Source: Picochlorum sp. SENEW3
Lineage: Eukaryota
Direction: 5' to 3'
DNA: 64,000 nucleotides
Assembly: GCA_034226945.1 (NCBI GenBank)
Contig: CP120454.1
Coordinates: 806,001 to 870,000 of the forward strand
In this document: in pieces, positions 12,880-24,763 of the stretch
Numbering within the stretch: position 1 is the first letter of the stretch
Layout of the letters: each line of letters starts with the position of its first letter
Program-made: the position numbers and the translations under genes
Notes under the pieces: generated by a model
What the model saw: the letters and a program-made list of their open reading frames with translations, nothing else
Told to the model about the DNA's origin: nothing
Database searches by the model: none

Positions 12880-15061
12880 ATGAGGACCAGGTACGTGTTC
12901 CCCCGGAATCCCCGAAAGTGTTGCTGCACGGCGTAAACTCTCCCATCTTCGGATATCGATGCTCGCATCCGTACCATCGATGTGTCATTTCAATCAAATA
13001 TATACCATCGGTTGTCCATATATTCGCAGATTTCTCGGAAGGGCAAAGCAGCATTTCTTCATGGATGCCCACATGAATGAGGTCATTGAGCCAAGTGTTC
13101 ACGATGATTCTACGCTTGGATTTGGTACCAAGGTTGTGGTGACTATTGGTCCAGCGAGTCAGAGTGTTGATGTGATGTGCCAATTGTTGGCTCATGGGAT
13201 GTCGTGTGCCCGGCTGGACTTGACATGGGGCTCTATTGCATTCCACAAGACAACATTGAAAAACCTGGCCATGGCAATGAAGAGGACGAAGAAGTTGTGT
13301 GCTGTTTGGGTGGATACATCTGGAAGAGAAATTATTGTGGAAAGGCGGACGACTGTGGATGAGAGTGGGTGGGTGGCTCTGGATAAGACTCCATTTGATT
13401 TTGTAAAGGGGGCAACAGTAACCTTGACGACCAAGTCAGTTGAGGACGCCACACCTTCATTGCTCCCAGTGAATATCAAGCAGCTGCCGAAATTGGTTCG
13501 TCCTGGACAGCATCTTCAAGTGGGGCGATTCATGGCGACTGGAGCAGAAGGAGGGTCTTTGTTTTTGCAGGTGACTTCAGTGTCGGAGGAGGACATTACC
13601 TGTGTTGCCATGAATGATGCCTCTTTGGTCGGACTGTTGACCGTCATCGTATCGCATAGAGAGTATGAATTGACGCATCATTCCCAGGATTTGAATGTGG
13701 AGTTGCCTCTTTTCACACAAGGGGACTTGGAGTATCTGAAGGAGTTTGGCAAGGAGTTTGAATTGGACTATGTCAGTCTGTCGTATTGTAACAGCGCAGC
13801 TGATATCACTGAAGCTCGGGAGACTCTCGATCGCATGGGGCTTGATCAGACGAAGATTATCGCAAAGGTGGAAAGGAAGGCTGCGATTCACAATTATGAG
13901 GAGATTATTGCTCTTGCTGATGGTATTCTCCTGTCTCGTGGAAACCTTGGTATTGATTTTGAGCCAGAGGAAATGGCCCACTTGCAGAAGAAATGCATCA
14001 TTCGATGCAATGCTATTGCGAGACCAATTATTTTGACCAGATTTGTGGACACGATGGTGAATACACCACGGCCAACGCGTGCTGAAGCCACGGATGTGGC
14101 AAATGCTGTGCTTGATGGTGTTGATGGAGTCATGCTTGGAGCTGAAACATTGAGAGGACTCTATCCAGTTGAAACAGTCGATACTGTATCGAAACTCTGC
14201 AGATCTGCTGAGCAGTATTTTGATTACCGCTCTCACCACGAAGATCTCATGGGAGAGGCGTTTGACGAGGAATTATCATTGGAGCGATCATTCTACTCAA
14301 CCAACAGTCTCAGTGATCTTACTGCTGACAGTTTCTCACACATGCAATCGCTGAAGCCAATTCAGGTAGAGCAACTGGAAAAGAAGCATGATGATGATTT
14401 GGGCTCACCATCTGTTCTTGATTCAGACGTTGATGGAGTTACAAAGGTGTCATCATTCGGTCTTCTTCCAATCACTCGTGGATCATCCGACGCACAATTG
14501 CTCAAGATTGAAGATTTTGGTGCTCCATACATGTCAAAAGTCGAGTCAATCGCATCATCAGCTGTCCGCACTGCTGAGAAGATCAATGCAGGTCTGATTA
14601 TTGTCTTTGCACAGAGTGGACGAACAGCCAGTTTGGTGTCAAAATACAGACCACCAATGCCAGTGGTATCCGTTGTTGTTCCAACCTTACAAAGCGATAA
14701 GCTTGGATGGAAGCTTGAGGGAAAATACTTGGCAAGACAGTGTTTGATCATGCGTGGTATCACACCACTCATGGCAGCACCAATGTCTGCTGGAGGCTCT
14801 GGACTCTTGTGTGAAGCTGTTGCGGCTGCTTGTGCTCAAGGATTGGTAAAACCAATGGATTATGCTGTGGCTATTCTCAGTGAGCACGGCAATTTTGTCG
14901 TCAAAGTAGTAAAAGTGGATGCGGAAGGAACTGGCATTATGTCATTTGGAGAGAAATATCTGCAGCCAGAGGAAGAGCAATTAATGACGCTTCCCAGTTT
15001 TGCAACACCCCCAACCTCTCCAGGAGCCACTGACACTGGAGGCATGAATTCTCTGAAATAA
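12880..15061 (+). CDS. Pyruvate kinase, cytosolic SRGNLG-type
   Basis: Motifs TKVVVTIGPAS, IIAKVE, LLSRGNLG, PRPTRAEATDVANAVLDG, LVSKYRP. Exon 12880-12890, then intron 12891-13029 (GTACGT..GCAG). Confidence 0.93.
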
Positions 15062-15099
15062 GGCATATTACATACATAAATACTTTGGCCATGATACTA

Positions 15100-16038
15100 T
15101 TATTTTGAGAGCAATTGTCTACATTGCTCCTGCAACTCGCTCTTTTCCAAAAACCCACTTGGATCAATACCATGAGACTGCAAAAACCCCTTCAACTCGC
15201 GCACTGACATTCCATCAATATCCTCTGCTACGACCTTTCTGGCAGGCAATGTCTTTTCCAAGAAATTCCTCAAATCCTTCATCTCCTGACTGCATGTCGC
15301 ATGCTGCATACCCGGGTACATTTTAAAATCCAACCCAGAAAAACCCTGCGTCTCCATATGCGCCACCGACATCTGTGCCACATTCGGTGGAATCAATGGA
15401 TCAGACGCCCCATGCCCATACAGTATCGGAGTCTCCAACACGTGTTCTTCCAAGTCCACATGCTGAGGCTCCAACCATGTACTCAACGCCACCAACCCTG
15501 CCACCTTGATCTTCTTTCGAAGCAGAGCCTTCAACGCCACATGCCCACCCTGACTAAACCCACCAAGAACAATCCTTTCAGGAGGAACACCGCCCTCCAC
15601 TTCCTGAGAAATCAACTGCTCCACATACTGTACAGCTTCCTGTGTCCCCTCCTCATCAAACCCATGATGCCCCTTCATCATTTTAAGAAACGATGCCTCA
15701 TCCAAATGATCAATATCAAACCAACCAGGCATCGACATGCCCATATTCACAGCAATAGGCCTCGTGGGCGCAGTAGGGAAGACCCACTTGACATGACTCA
15801 TGTTCATCTCAGGTGCCACCGGTGCCCAACCATTCCCAGTATCACCCAAACCATGCAACATGATCACTGTCGCTGTGTGATGCACAGCTGGATAGGTAAT
15901 GATGGGGCCAAAGGTACGACCTGCCGCTCCAACCAGCCCAGGGCTGGTTGCAAAAGACATTCTCGATATTCCAACAGAAACAATTCCCACGAGTGCTATG
16001 AAAAAGAATACGACAGTAATATTACATACAGGATGCAT
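15100..16038 (-). CDS. Acyl-protein thioesterase/carboxylesterase (abhydrolase_2) with a C-terminal SAP-like helical module
   Basis: Motifs LHGLGDTG, FPTAP, WFD, GGFSQGG, HGASDPLI, MQH. Start is 16038 or 15960. Confidence 0.9.
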   Translation of the reverse strand: MHPVCNITVVFFFIALVGIVSVGISRMSFATSPGLVGAAGRTFGPIITYPAVHHTATVIMLHGLGDTGNGWAPVAPEMNMSHVKWVFPTAPTRPIAVNMGMSMPGWFDIDHLDEASFLKMMKGHHGFDEEGTQEAVQYVEQLISQEVEGGVPPERIVLGGFSQGGHVALKALLRKKIKVAGLVALSTWLEPQHVDLEEHVLETPILYGHGASDPLIPPNVAQMSVAHMETQGFSGLDFKMYPGMQHATCSQEMKDLRNFLEKTLPARKVVAEDIDGMSVRELKGFLQSHGIDPSGFLEKSELQEQCRQLLSK

Positions 16039-17267
16039 CAACTGATTTTATTTTCAACAGACGCCTTCCACTGGTCGTATCTGTCCTTTGCATAGGTTTT
16101 GTATTCAAAATCGACATTCGAGTACCTACTGTAATGCATCACGAGACCCCAGACGCTCCAAAAGAGATGCGAGAGGCTCATACACTTTCGAGACATGGTC
16201 ACCAGAGACTCCACGGTGTCGTTATGGGAGCTGGAAAGAGATGTGGTGATGGAGGAGGATGGGTAGTCTGTGCACAGTGTATCCCAGTATGCCTGGCAGA
16301 ATTCCCGACATGCATCTTCCGAGGGGATTCTATCCCAATCAAATAGCGCTTGGCGAGGATTTGTGTGATAGTCTGCCGCATACTCACAGAAATGGTTTCC
16401 GATATCAAAGTAGACCTCCCCAAAGGTGCTATAATCATAGTCAATAAGTTTGGCACGTGTCCCAGCATACAGAATATTCCCGCACTGTAAATCGCCATGT
16501 ATTAATGCTGTGCAGAGCGATCGATCGTATCCGCCGTCCCGATACATCTGCTCCGGACAGGTGGACGCAGCCTCCAACAGTGCTTCCACCCAGTCTGCTC
16601 CTCCATGATCGATGGTGGATCTCAAGTACGCCACCCATCGATGCAACCGCTCCCATATCATTTTTGATGTATATGTATGATCGGATGCTTCGGAATAAAA
16701 AGCATCAGTCATGACAGCATGCCACCTTGCAAGTGCCTGTGCAACAGGCACAGCAATCCTCTCCATCCCATCATTCACCACCTCCCCTTCCAGAAATTCC
16801 TCAACCCTACCATTATCATACTGGACAAAACATTGGGGACCGATCCCGACACGTGATGCCATCGAAAACACCGCCTCCTCCATATCAGTATCAAACAGCA
16901 ACTTGCCCAGACTATCAGAACCCTGTCTCACCCTCGCTATAACAGCCTTCTGTTCTTCAATCGTATCAGAATGAAATGATGAATCAATCCATAGTTTAAA
17001 TACCACATTGGTCATCCCTCCATGGTACCGACGTGCCTTCACATGTGAGCATGGCCGCGTGCCATGCCATACATGTCGAACTACTCGCTCTATTATTCCT
17101 TCTTTGGATCCATCTAATCCATGATGATGCGTATCTATTTCAGAAGATTCTCTCATGCCTATAATATCCGTTGTGCCAGAGTTGGTTGCGTCTTCGCCGC
17201 ACAGTAGAAATGGTTCAAAATCATGTTCACTCAGCCGACCACGGAGGCGGTGGGAAGGACCCACCAT
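16038..17267 (-). CDS. Choline/ethanolamine kinase
   Basis: Motifs GGMTN, GRVEEFL, HGDLQCGNIL, LIDYDYS, FDIGNHFCEY, SHLFWSVWG. Confidence 0.9.
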   Translation of the reverse strand: MVGPSHRLRGRLSEHDFEPFLLCGEDATNSGTTDIIGMRESSEIDTHHHGLDGSKEGIIERVVRHVWHGTRPCSHVKARRYHGGMTNVVFKLWIDSSFHSDTIEEQKAVIARVRQGSDSLGKLLFDTDMEEAVFSMASRVGIGPQCFVQYDNGRVEEFLEGEVVNDGMERIAVPVAQALARWHAVMTDAFYSEASDHTYTSKMIWERLHRWVAYLRSTIDHGGADWVEALLEAASTCPEQMYRDGGYDRSLCTALIHGDLQCGNILYAGTRAKLIDYDYSTFGEVYFDIGNHFCEYAADYHTNPRQALFDWDRIPSEDACREFCQAYWDTLCTDYPSSSITTSLSSSHNDTVESLVTMSRKCMSLSHLFWSVWGLVMHYSRYSNVDFEYKTYAKDRYDQWKASVENKIS

Positions 17268-17642
17268 ATTGACAAACTGTCGTATATATTTATTTTGAAG
17301 TGTCCACCAAAGACACAGGTGTTGTGAGTGAATTAGTATTCAAACTGCGTGACATTCCTCCTTCTCATCATCATCATCATCACAAGTCGTCTTCTTCTCC
17401 TGCCATGGCAGCCTTTGATTTTTTAATAGTCGCATATTAAGGAGAGCGACGATCGTCCGAGTCGTGCTCAGGATTCCACCATCATGCCCATGGTGGATTC
17501 TTCTCATATTGTACAATTCAATCTTGATCTTTACATTGCAGTCGAATCGATCAGGAGAGAAATCACTGTCCTTGTGGATTTGCGACAAAAGACCACACGG
17601 TTGTTGCACATTTCTGATTGACCTTGTGGCCACAGTAGAACT

Positions 17643-19564
17643 ATGAATTGGCAATTGAAATCAATTGCTTTTTTAATACAATTCCTGTTTTTGTTTGTGT
17701 CCGGGGATGAGGGTTCACACAAGGTGAGTTGCTGTCTCTGCCTTGATCTCAAAGTCCTGGCGATGGATATCTTGGGTGGACAGCATGGATTCATTGGCAT
17801 GTAATGATGATGCAGTATGAGGTAGGAGAGAAGGTTGTTCTGTGGGTGAACAAAGTCGGTCCATGTACGTGTCATGAGGGATGCACAAGAATGTGCTGGA
17901 GCAGAGACTGATATGGTGTGCTGTGTCTTGCAGATAATAACCCACAGGAGACGTACAACTACTACTACTTGCCTTTCTGTAAGCCATCTTCTGAAAAGGC
18001 AAAGCATAAATGGGGAGGTTTGGGGGAAGTGTTGCAGGGGAATGAGCTGATTGATGGGCAGTTGGATATTCGGTTTCGAACAGACAAGTCTAAAACGAGC
18101 ATGTGTAGCCAAACGTTGACGGATAAAGATGCTCAGCAGTTTACAGAGGCAGTGACTCGTCATTACTGGTACGAGTTTTTTGTGGATGAGTTGCCTATTT
18201 GGGGATTTGTGGGTCCTCCTCCTGAGCATACTGAGGATTCGAGTGCGCGGTATGTTTATACGCACAAGACGTTTGATATTGCGTATAATGGGGAGAATAT
18301 TATTCATGTGAATTTGACGAGCGAAAATCCAACCTCTGTGAAGTCGGGGACAAAGCTCGAGTTTACATATTCTGTGAATTGGATAGAGTCTGATATTCAG
18401 TTTGCAAAGAGGTTTGAGAGGTATCTAGATTATAGCTTCTTTGAGCATCAGATCCATTGGTTCTCTGTGTTCAACTCCTTTATGATGGTCATCTTCTTGA
18501 TGGGACTTGTGTCTATGATTTTGCTGCGTACTCTGAGAAAAGATTATGCACGATATACAGCAAAAGGAGATGATTTGGAGTCGTTGGAAAGGGATATTAA
18601 CGAAGAAACTGGATGGAAGCTTGTGCATGGAGATGTGTTTAGGCCACCGGTGATGCTGGAGTTGCTGGCTGCATTGGTTGGTACTGGGATTCAGTTGGCA
18701 GCATTGGTGCTGACTGTGATTCTCATCACCATTGCGGGGACCTTGTTTGTCGAACGAGGTACTATTGTTACCGTGTTTATTATTTGCTATGCGTTAACAT
18801 CACTGCTTGGTGGGTATGTTTCGGGTGGGTTCTATTCGAGGCATGATGGACGGGCATGGATTCAGACAATGCTTTTGACAGCAAATTTGTTCCCACTGGT
18901 GGTGGCGTCAATTGCCTTCACGCTCAATACAATCGCGATTTTCTATCATTCTTTAGCCGCTGTTCCTTTCGGAACTATTGTTGTTGTGGTTTTGATTTGG
19001 ATCTTTGTGTCGTTCCCACTGTGTTTGTTGGGAACGGTTGTTGGCCGCAACTGGGCAGGTGCTTCAAATTTCCCATGCAGAGTGAAGAGAATTCCATCTC
19101 CTATTCCAGAACGACCATGGTATCTTAGTCCTCTCCCGATAGCTGTGTTGGGAGGTATTCTACCATTTGGTTCAATCTTTATAGAAATGTACTTTGTGTT
19201 CACATCATTCTGGAACTACAAAGTATACTATGTGTATGGATTCTTCCTTCTTGTATTTTTGATTCTCTTGGCAGTGACAGCATGCATCACAATTGTTGCA
19301 ACATACTTTTTGCTGAACGCGGAGAATTATCACTGGCATTGGACCTCATTTGGCGCAGGAGCATCCACGGCCCTCTATGTCTTCTTGTACAGTGTCCACT
19401 ACTTTACAGCAAAGACAAAGATGACTGGTTTCTTCCAAACCACCTTTTACTTTGGTTATACGTCCATGTTCTGTTTAGGTCTCGCTGTTATGACTGGTGC
19501 AGTAGGATATCTGGCAGCGGCAGCATTTGTGAGGAGAATTTACCGAAACATCAAGTGCGATTAG
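17643..19564 (+). CDS. TMN1: Transmembrane 9 superfamily (endomembrane protein 70) member
   Basis: Signal-peptide exon 17643-17723, introns 17724-17815 and 17865-17933. Motifs LWVNKVGPYNNPQETYNYY, HQIHWFS, GWKLVHGDVFRPP; C-terminus IYRNIKCD. Confidence 0.93.
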
Positions 19565-19676
19565 TGTATCCCAGAACATTCTGAGGGGACGGAAAGGAAT
19601 TGAACAGTCTTGTACCTAGTGACCAGGTAAATGTATATAAATTTTACACATCATCAAAATAATATGAAGCTTGTAA

Positions 19677-20882
19677 TTAATATGATTCGCTCCACTCTTT
19701 CTCCACGTCTCCCTTGCCCAGATAATACTGAAGGGTGTTGACGGCAAGCTGCTTCATGCCCTGTGGGAGTGGTTCACCATGGTATGTAACGTTGAAAATA
19801 TCGACGGCATTCCTTCCCACTGTGTCAACTTCTGCTGATACGACATTGAGATTAATATCCTTCAGCAAACGGACGATATCTGTCAACAAACCTGGACGAT
19901 CCACAGTGTTGACGAAAAGCTTTGTGTACATGCCAGTCTCAGAGTCTCTGACGGCAATCTGTGTCACAATCTTTGCGGCTGCTTTGCCCAAAGGATGCTC
20001 ATAATCAACCTCATTCGACCCGACGTTATTTCTGATGGACAGTTTTTCTTCGCTCTCTGGATGGTATTGCAAAAGGCAGTTGAGAATGGTCAATCGAATC
20101 TCTTCAATTCGTGCAGACTTGACAATCTTTTCACTGTTGCGGGCATCTGTCAAGAAAAATTTATGAATAGCCATTCCATTCTTTGTCTTGAGCTTTGCTC
20201 GACGGATATTCAATCCGAGATTCCTAAGAGCGGCAGTCTGCAGACAAGAGCATCTCTCTTGTTAGGATGGATGTGTGGGAGGAGGAGAGACAAACTACTA
20301 CAACTGGTCACACGTACCGTATCCAACAACTCCCCCAGCCTGTCGCCATACTCCACAGTCACAAGAGTAGCAAAGGAATCTGATTGATTATCAATCTTGA
20401 CCACTGGATCCGGAACGTCCCCGGCAGCATCGTTTGTTGCTTCCTGAGCAGCAGCTCTGCAAGTCAACCACGTATGAGGTTCAGTCAATTACGCCCATCC
20501 ATGCACATATAATCCCCCAACGATACACGAACATAACAAACCACCATCCATCGACAGAATGAGGCAACCATCAGCGACCGAGACGAAAACCTCTCAGAGA
20601 CCGTCCCGTCCCGCGACCCACAGCCGGCATACCTTGGTGCAACCACATTGCCCAATCTGTGGCGACGAATATCATCTGATACACTACGCAATGCCATCCG
20701 AGGCTTGGCGATCTGTCCCGCAACGCGGGTAGGCAAAGACACCCTACAAGGGCAAAAGTGCAAGACACGTCAGAAACTCCATACCATTGCGAGCAGGTAC
20801 ATTGTACTCCAACAAAGTAGGCATACCTCTTTACCAGAGAAGCAGAGCACTGCTTGCTGTTGGGTACCTTGAGACAAGACAT
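19677..20882 (-). CDS. Plastid ACT-domain repeat protein (ACR11/ACR12-like)
   Basis: Four exons (introns 20744-20826, 20457-20632, 20238-20317). Transit-peptide-like N-terminus; ACT motifs GDRLGELLDT and DRPGLLTDIV. Confidence 0.85.
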
Positions 20883-21222
20883 ATCCGATCAAAGACGAGT
20901 GTGGTTCCACTACTGACAAGGTCTTTGGCTTTTTATACCCCGTACGTACGGAATACTCACTTGTAAGCAATTATAAATACTATTGAAATAGATTTAATGG
21001 ATCTGCGGAGCTGATACGTGAGTATGATTGGTCTAGAGGTTGATCGACCAGATCATCTTTGTATGGAATGTTGTTGGTTGTTGCTCTCTTGGTAATTACC
21101 AGTTATCAGTTATAACTGAAAACGTGCAAGCTCTCCAATCCATCCATTCCAGAGGACTGCTTGCATGTGAATTGGATGCACCAACGACTCATAGTGATGC
21201 TTTACATTGATCTGTGTAAAAT

Positions 21223-22868
21223 TTATCGCTTTCGTGCCCCCAGTTTAAGAGCAGGGAACGACATGTCCAGGGTGACAGGGTCCTGGCCTAGTTTTTGTTT
21301 CAGTAGCGTCACTTGATAGGACTGCCTCGAGCGAGATGTCTGACATCCTAATTCTCTGTACACAGAGGCAACCTCGGCTGGTTTCATTTTGAGCTGCTCG
21401 CAGAGGATTTGGAATGCAAAGGATGGTACGAGGCAATCTGGCTCTGCGCGTATTGCCAAAACCAGACACCATGCGAGCAGAAGATTCTTTTTCCTCTTAT
21501 CCATGATATACTTGGTTCCGTCATCCATGTCCTCTCGAGAGTAGAACAATGAAACTATCCCTTCCAGTGTCGATGTTGGAATGCCAAGTCCCTGAGCAGT
21601 TGCCTGGATACCTCCTGCATCTGTTTTGACGCGAATAATAAGACGCTTTCCATCCGTACAGAGTGATAATAAATGCCCCAACAGCGCCAAACACAGTATC
21701 CTGTTGGGCAGTTTGTCATCTGTTGTAGCAAAATTACTTGCTGCACCCACTCTAGATGCAACATACTTGCCAAACTTTTGCTTCACATCCCCAAGAATGG
21801 AGCCATCCGACAGGGCTTGCGTCAGCAAAGATGTATCAATCGAGTCCTGGATGATACGAGGAACGATACTATCGAATGGATACGCATCCTCTGGAGTCGT
21901 TGCTTCTGGATTGTGTGGTGGAATATTTCTATCAGCCAACGTCTTTTTAATCACGTCTTCTCTCTTGCCAGGGTCTGCTTCAGTGGATCGAATAATATTT
22001 ATCATGGCATCTCCAGCAGATATTTGTGATGCATCCACTCGACCTGCCTTTGCAGTTGCCAACTGCCGCTTCCTTCTCTGACTACCAAATGCTTCAATCA
22101 ACTTTGCATTTCTCTCTCTCCGCAGGTCTGCCAAATCCGATCCAGTGGCGGTCTCTTCCTGATTCATCGAAGCATCTTCTTCGTATGACACAGTATGAAT
22201 GCGCGGCTCCATTCGAATAATGTCGTTTGATTGCACATGAGACAAGGTCAATCTACCAGCTGCCCGATCAAATACCCCAAGCATCACATGCGATGATCTG
22301 CAAACCCAATCAGAATGTAAGAATATTACATGAGTATGTTTGGTTCCATCAATTGCAACAGTATGTCGATAGGAATGCACATTGAAGCCAGTACAGGATT
22401 CCAAGTGTAGTCTAGCAGCTAGCTCAACCATCCCGTATCATGGCCAAGGATACAGGGTGGAATTTTATAGCTGCATTCTTCCTTGAAAAAGACAAGCACA
22501 TTGACACGTACGAGTTTGATTCTTCTTCACCCTCTGCATTGGGCATGCCATCTTTTTCTTTCCCTTTCTTACTGTTGGAACACTTGCCAACAAAGTCCAC
22601 ATTCTTGTCCTGCGCACGATCATGAAGTAGTACTCTCACAGCACATCCATATCAATGATGCAAGTATTCATGCACGTACAGTAGCCAAAACAATTGCTCC
22701 TCGCGTTTTGCATTCTGCATGCTCGAACGCTTGCCACTCCTCATTGGCAGTTCCAGGCTTATACCCTGATGGAAATGATACCAATGTGCATTCAGAGCTA
22801 TTTGGTTTTATCTTGAGCTTGAATTGGTCGCCCTCATTGGATTTGTGGCTCTTTCGTTTCTTTCCCAT
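21223..22868 (-). CDS. RPA49: RNA polymerase I subunit A49/RPA49-like
   Basis: Introns 22610-22679 and 22298-22511 restore one frame. Motifs LVSFPSG, LGVFDR, LIEAFGSQRRKR, IPPHNPEATTPEDAYP. Confidence 0.8.
22334..22474 (-). ncRNA. Candidate intronic box H/ACA snoRNA (141 nt)
   Basis: Lies in RPA49 intron 2. Hairpin 1 has lower stem GCAGCTA/TAGCTGC, an internal pocket and an upper stem. H box AGACTA is exactly 14 nt after the upper stem. Hairpin 2 is closed by TTGG/CCAA and followed by ACA + 3 nt. Confidence 0.7.
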
Positions 22869-22955
22869 GCTTAAGGATGCAAGTTTAAAATCAACAGGCA
22901 GTAATCTGCTATTACTATACAACGGAGTAGATGAATAAATAAATAGTACGGATTT

Positions 22956-24550
22956 TCAAGCATCCATGGCGTCTTTTATGATACGTTCAATGTCGGTGGC
23001 TTTGGTGGGAATTTGGGATGAGAGCACGAGTGGTCCGTCATCTGTAATGCATACATCATCCTCGATCCGCACACCGATTCCTCTATACTCTCCGAACATG
23101 GAATCATCTGGTATGTATATGCCTGGTTCAATGGTAAGAATAACGCCGGATTCCAATGGCATGTCGTGGGACACGCCACTGCAGTCATGGGTGTCCAGGC
23201 CTAGCCAATGGCCAACAGAATGGGGATAGAATGTTCTGTATGATGTTCCATTGTCCACGAGCGAATGCACGCCTCGTCTTGATGATAAAGATTTCAGTCC
23301 CTTTTGTATCAAATCAATGGACATCCTGTGCAGCTCGCGCAGCGTATTTCCAGGTTTGCATTGCTCCAGCAGAGTCTGGTGAATCTCATACACAGTTTCA
23401 TAGACATCTCTACCCGGCCCATCGAATGTGCCATGTATAGGCCATGTTCGCGTGACATCAGAACAATATCCAAAATACTCACAGCCAGCATCCATCAGTA
23501 CCAAGGTATTCTCTTCCATTCTCTTGTCATTTCTTGAATAATGGATGGTACATGCATCTGGTCCAGAGCCAACAACTGGCGGATATGACATCCTCTGCGC
23601 GCCTTGGAGCCGGCACTGATATTCAAACAATGCCGACAATGTATGCTCGGATACTCCTGGCCGAGTTGATCGCATACATTCCATCATTGCCTGTGCAGCA
23701 ATGTTTGCAGACATAGACATGTGTGCAATCTCAGACTCTGACTTTTTCCATCGAATCGTATGTAGAATAGAGTTCAATGAAGCCACTTTTTTCGTGCCAC
23801 ATTTATGAATGACACCAAGAGCGTGCCTCCAATGATCCGCACTGAGCAACTGTGGAGTGTTTGCATGCACATCCAGATACAGCCGCTGTGCAGCATTGAC
23901 CTGCCGGGCCAAATGATTGGGAATCTCTGAGACGTAATGCACCTCATCGGCGCCTATGAATTCCTTTGCTGCTTCTCGTGACATCAATGGTCCTGTCCAG
24001 GTATCGCGAAATTCACTCGGATCTGGGCAGTACACTGTGAACACTCCCTCTGAATCAATTGTTGCCAATGTGTCAGGCTGAACAATACCAGTGAGATACT
24101 GATGATCAGAATTCGGCCGATATGGATACGGTATAATACCGGACATGTACGCCATTGGTGCTGATCCGAGTACTGCCAGACTCCCTGGTTCCATGGCATT
24201 GGAAAATGCCCTTCTCCGCTGTCGGAATTCATCCCCAGAGATGCCTGGTTGTACATCACCAGGAGACATCAACTGCACATAGTCATCGATTTTATATTAG
24301 ATCATAATATCAATCAGTATACATGTATAACAATGGTGATGCCATGTCAACGCACGTATGGATGAGTCTCTGGCGTGGGCTGACCTGCCAGCATGGTCCC
24401 TCCCACAGTCTGCTGCTGCTGAAAATCTACATTATGCCACATGGCACTCGTTGAAGACGTCATCCACCTTTTCGATACACTATAACTCATCCCATGCTCC
24501 TCCAACACGGGTATACCACCCAGAAGACGCCCAAGAGCTCGCCTTGCCAT
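22956..24550 (-). CDS. ICP55: Mitochondrial Xaa-Pro aminopeptidase / intermediate cleaving peptidase 55
   Basis: Presequence-like exon ending GQPTPETHPY, intron 24273-24355. M24B motifs HYSRN, DAGCEY, SDVTRTWP, HSVGHWLGLDTHD, TIEPG, GVRIEDD. Confidence 0.9.
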
Positions 24551-24568
24551 GGTCGTTGTGCTTACTTC

Positions 24569-24763
24569 CTACCGTCCAGAAAGGTCAATGTCCCGTCCAC
24601 CAGAAGACCTCTCCTCATTCGCCCTTTCGTGATGTGTCTTAAAACTTGTCTGGAGCTTGTAGATGGAATAGAGAGTCAATGGAAGGGTCACAAAACCACC
24701 CACAAATGTAATACGATTTCCTCTCTTTGTCTTGAATTCAATTGGCCCAAACAGTCCCCACAT
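24569..24763 (-). CDS. Candidate 64-aa single-TM small protein directly upstream of ICP55
   Basis: MWGLFGPIEFKTKRGNRITFVGGFVTLPLTLYSIYKLQTSFKTHHERANEERSSGGRDIDLSGR: basic N-segment, one hydrophobic stretch, charged tail. No family recognised. Confidence 0.4.
   Translation of the reverse strand: MWGLFGPIEFKTKRGNRITFVGGFVTLPLTLYSIYKLQTSFKTHHERANEERSSGGRDIDLSGR

Noticed and set aside
13929..13950. Pyruvate kinase SRGNLG instead of ARGDLG, considered as a pseudo-enzyme
   Set aside because: This variant characterises a known green-lineage cytosolic PK subgroup.
15301..16095. Long antisense ORFs (e.g. 15301-16095, 17531-18307, 13577-14239)
   Set aside because: Shadow ORFs opposite well-supported genes, with no independent motifs.
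17340..17654. Minus-strand ORF with DDDDDEKEE upstream of choline kinase
   Set aside because: The acidic run comes from a short (TCA)n repeat, and the ORF overlaps the divergent TMN1 start.
20939..20951. CCGTACGTACGG palindrome with two GTAC (CuRE-like) cores upstream of the ACT gene
   Set aside because: GTAC is very frequent here, including at splice donors, and no copper link is evident.
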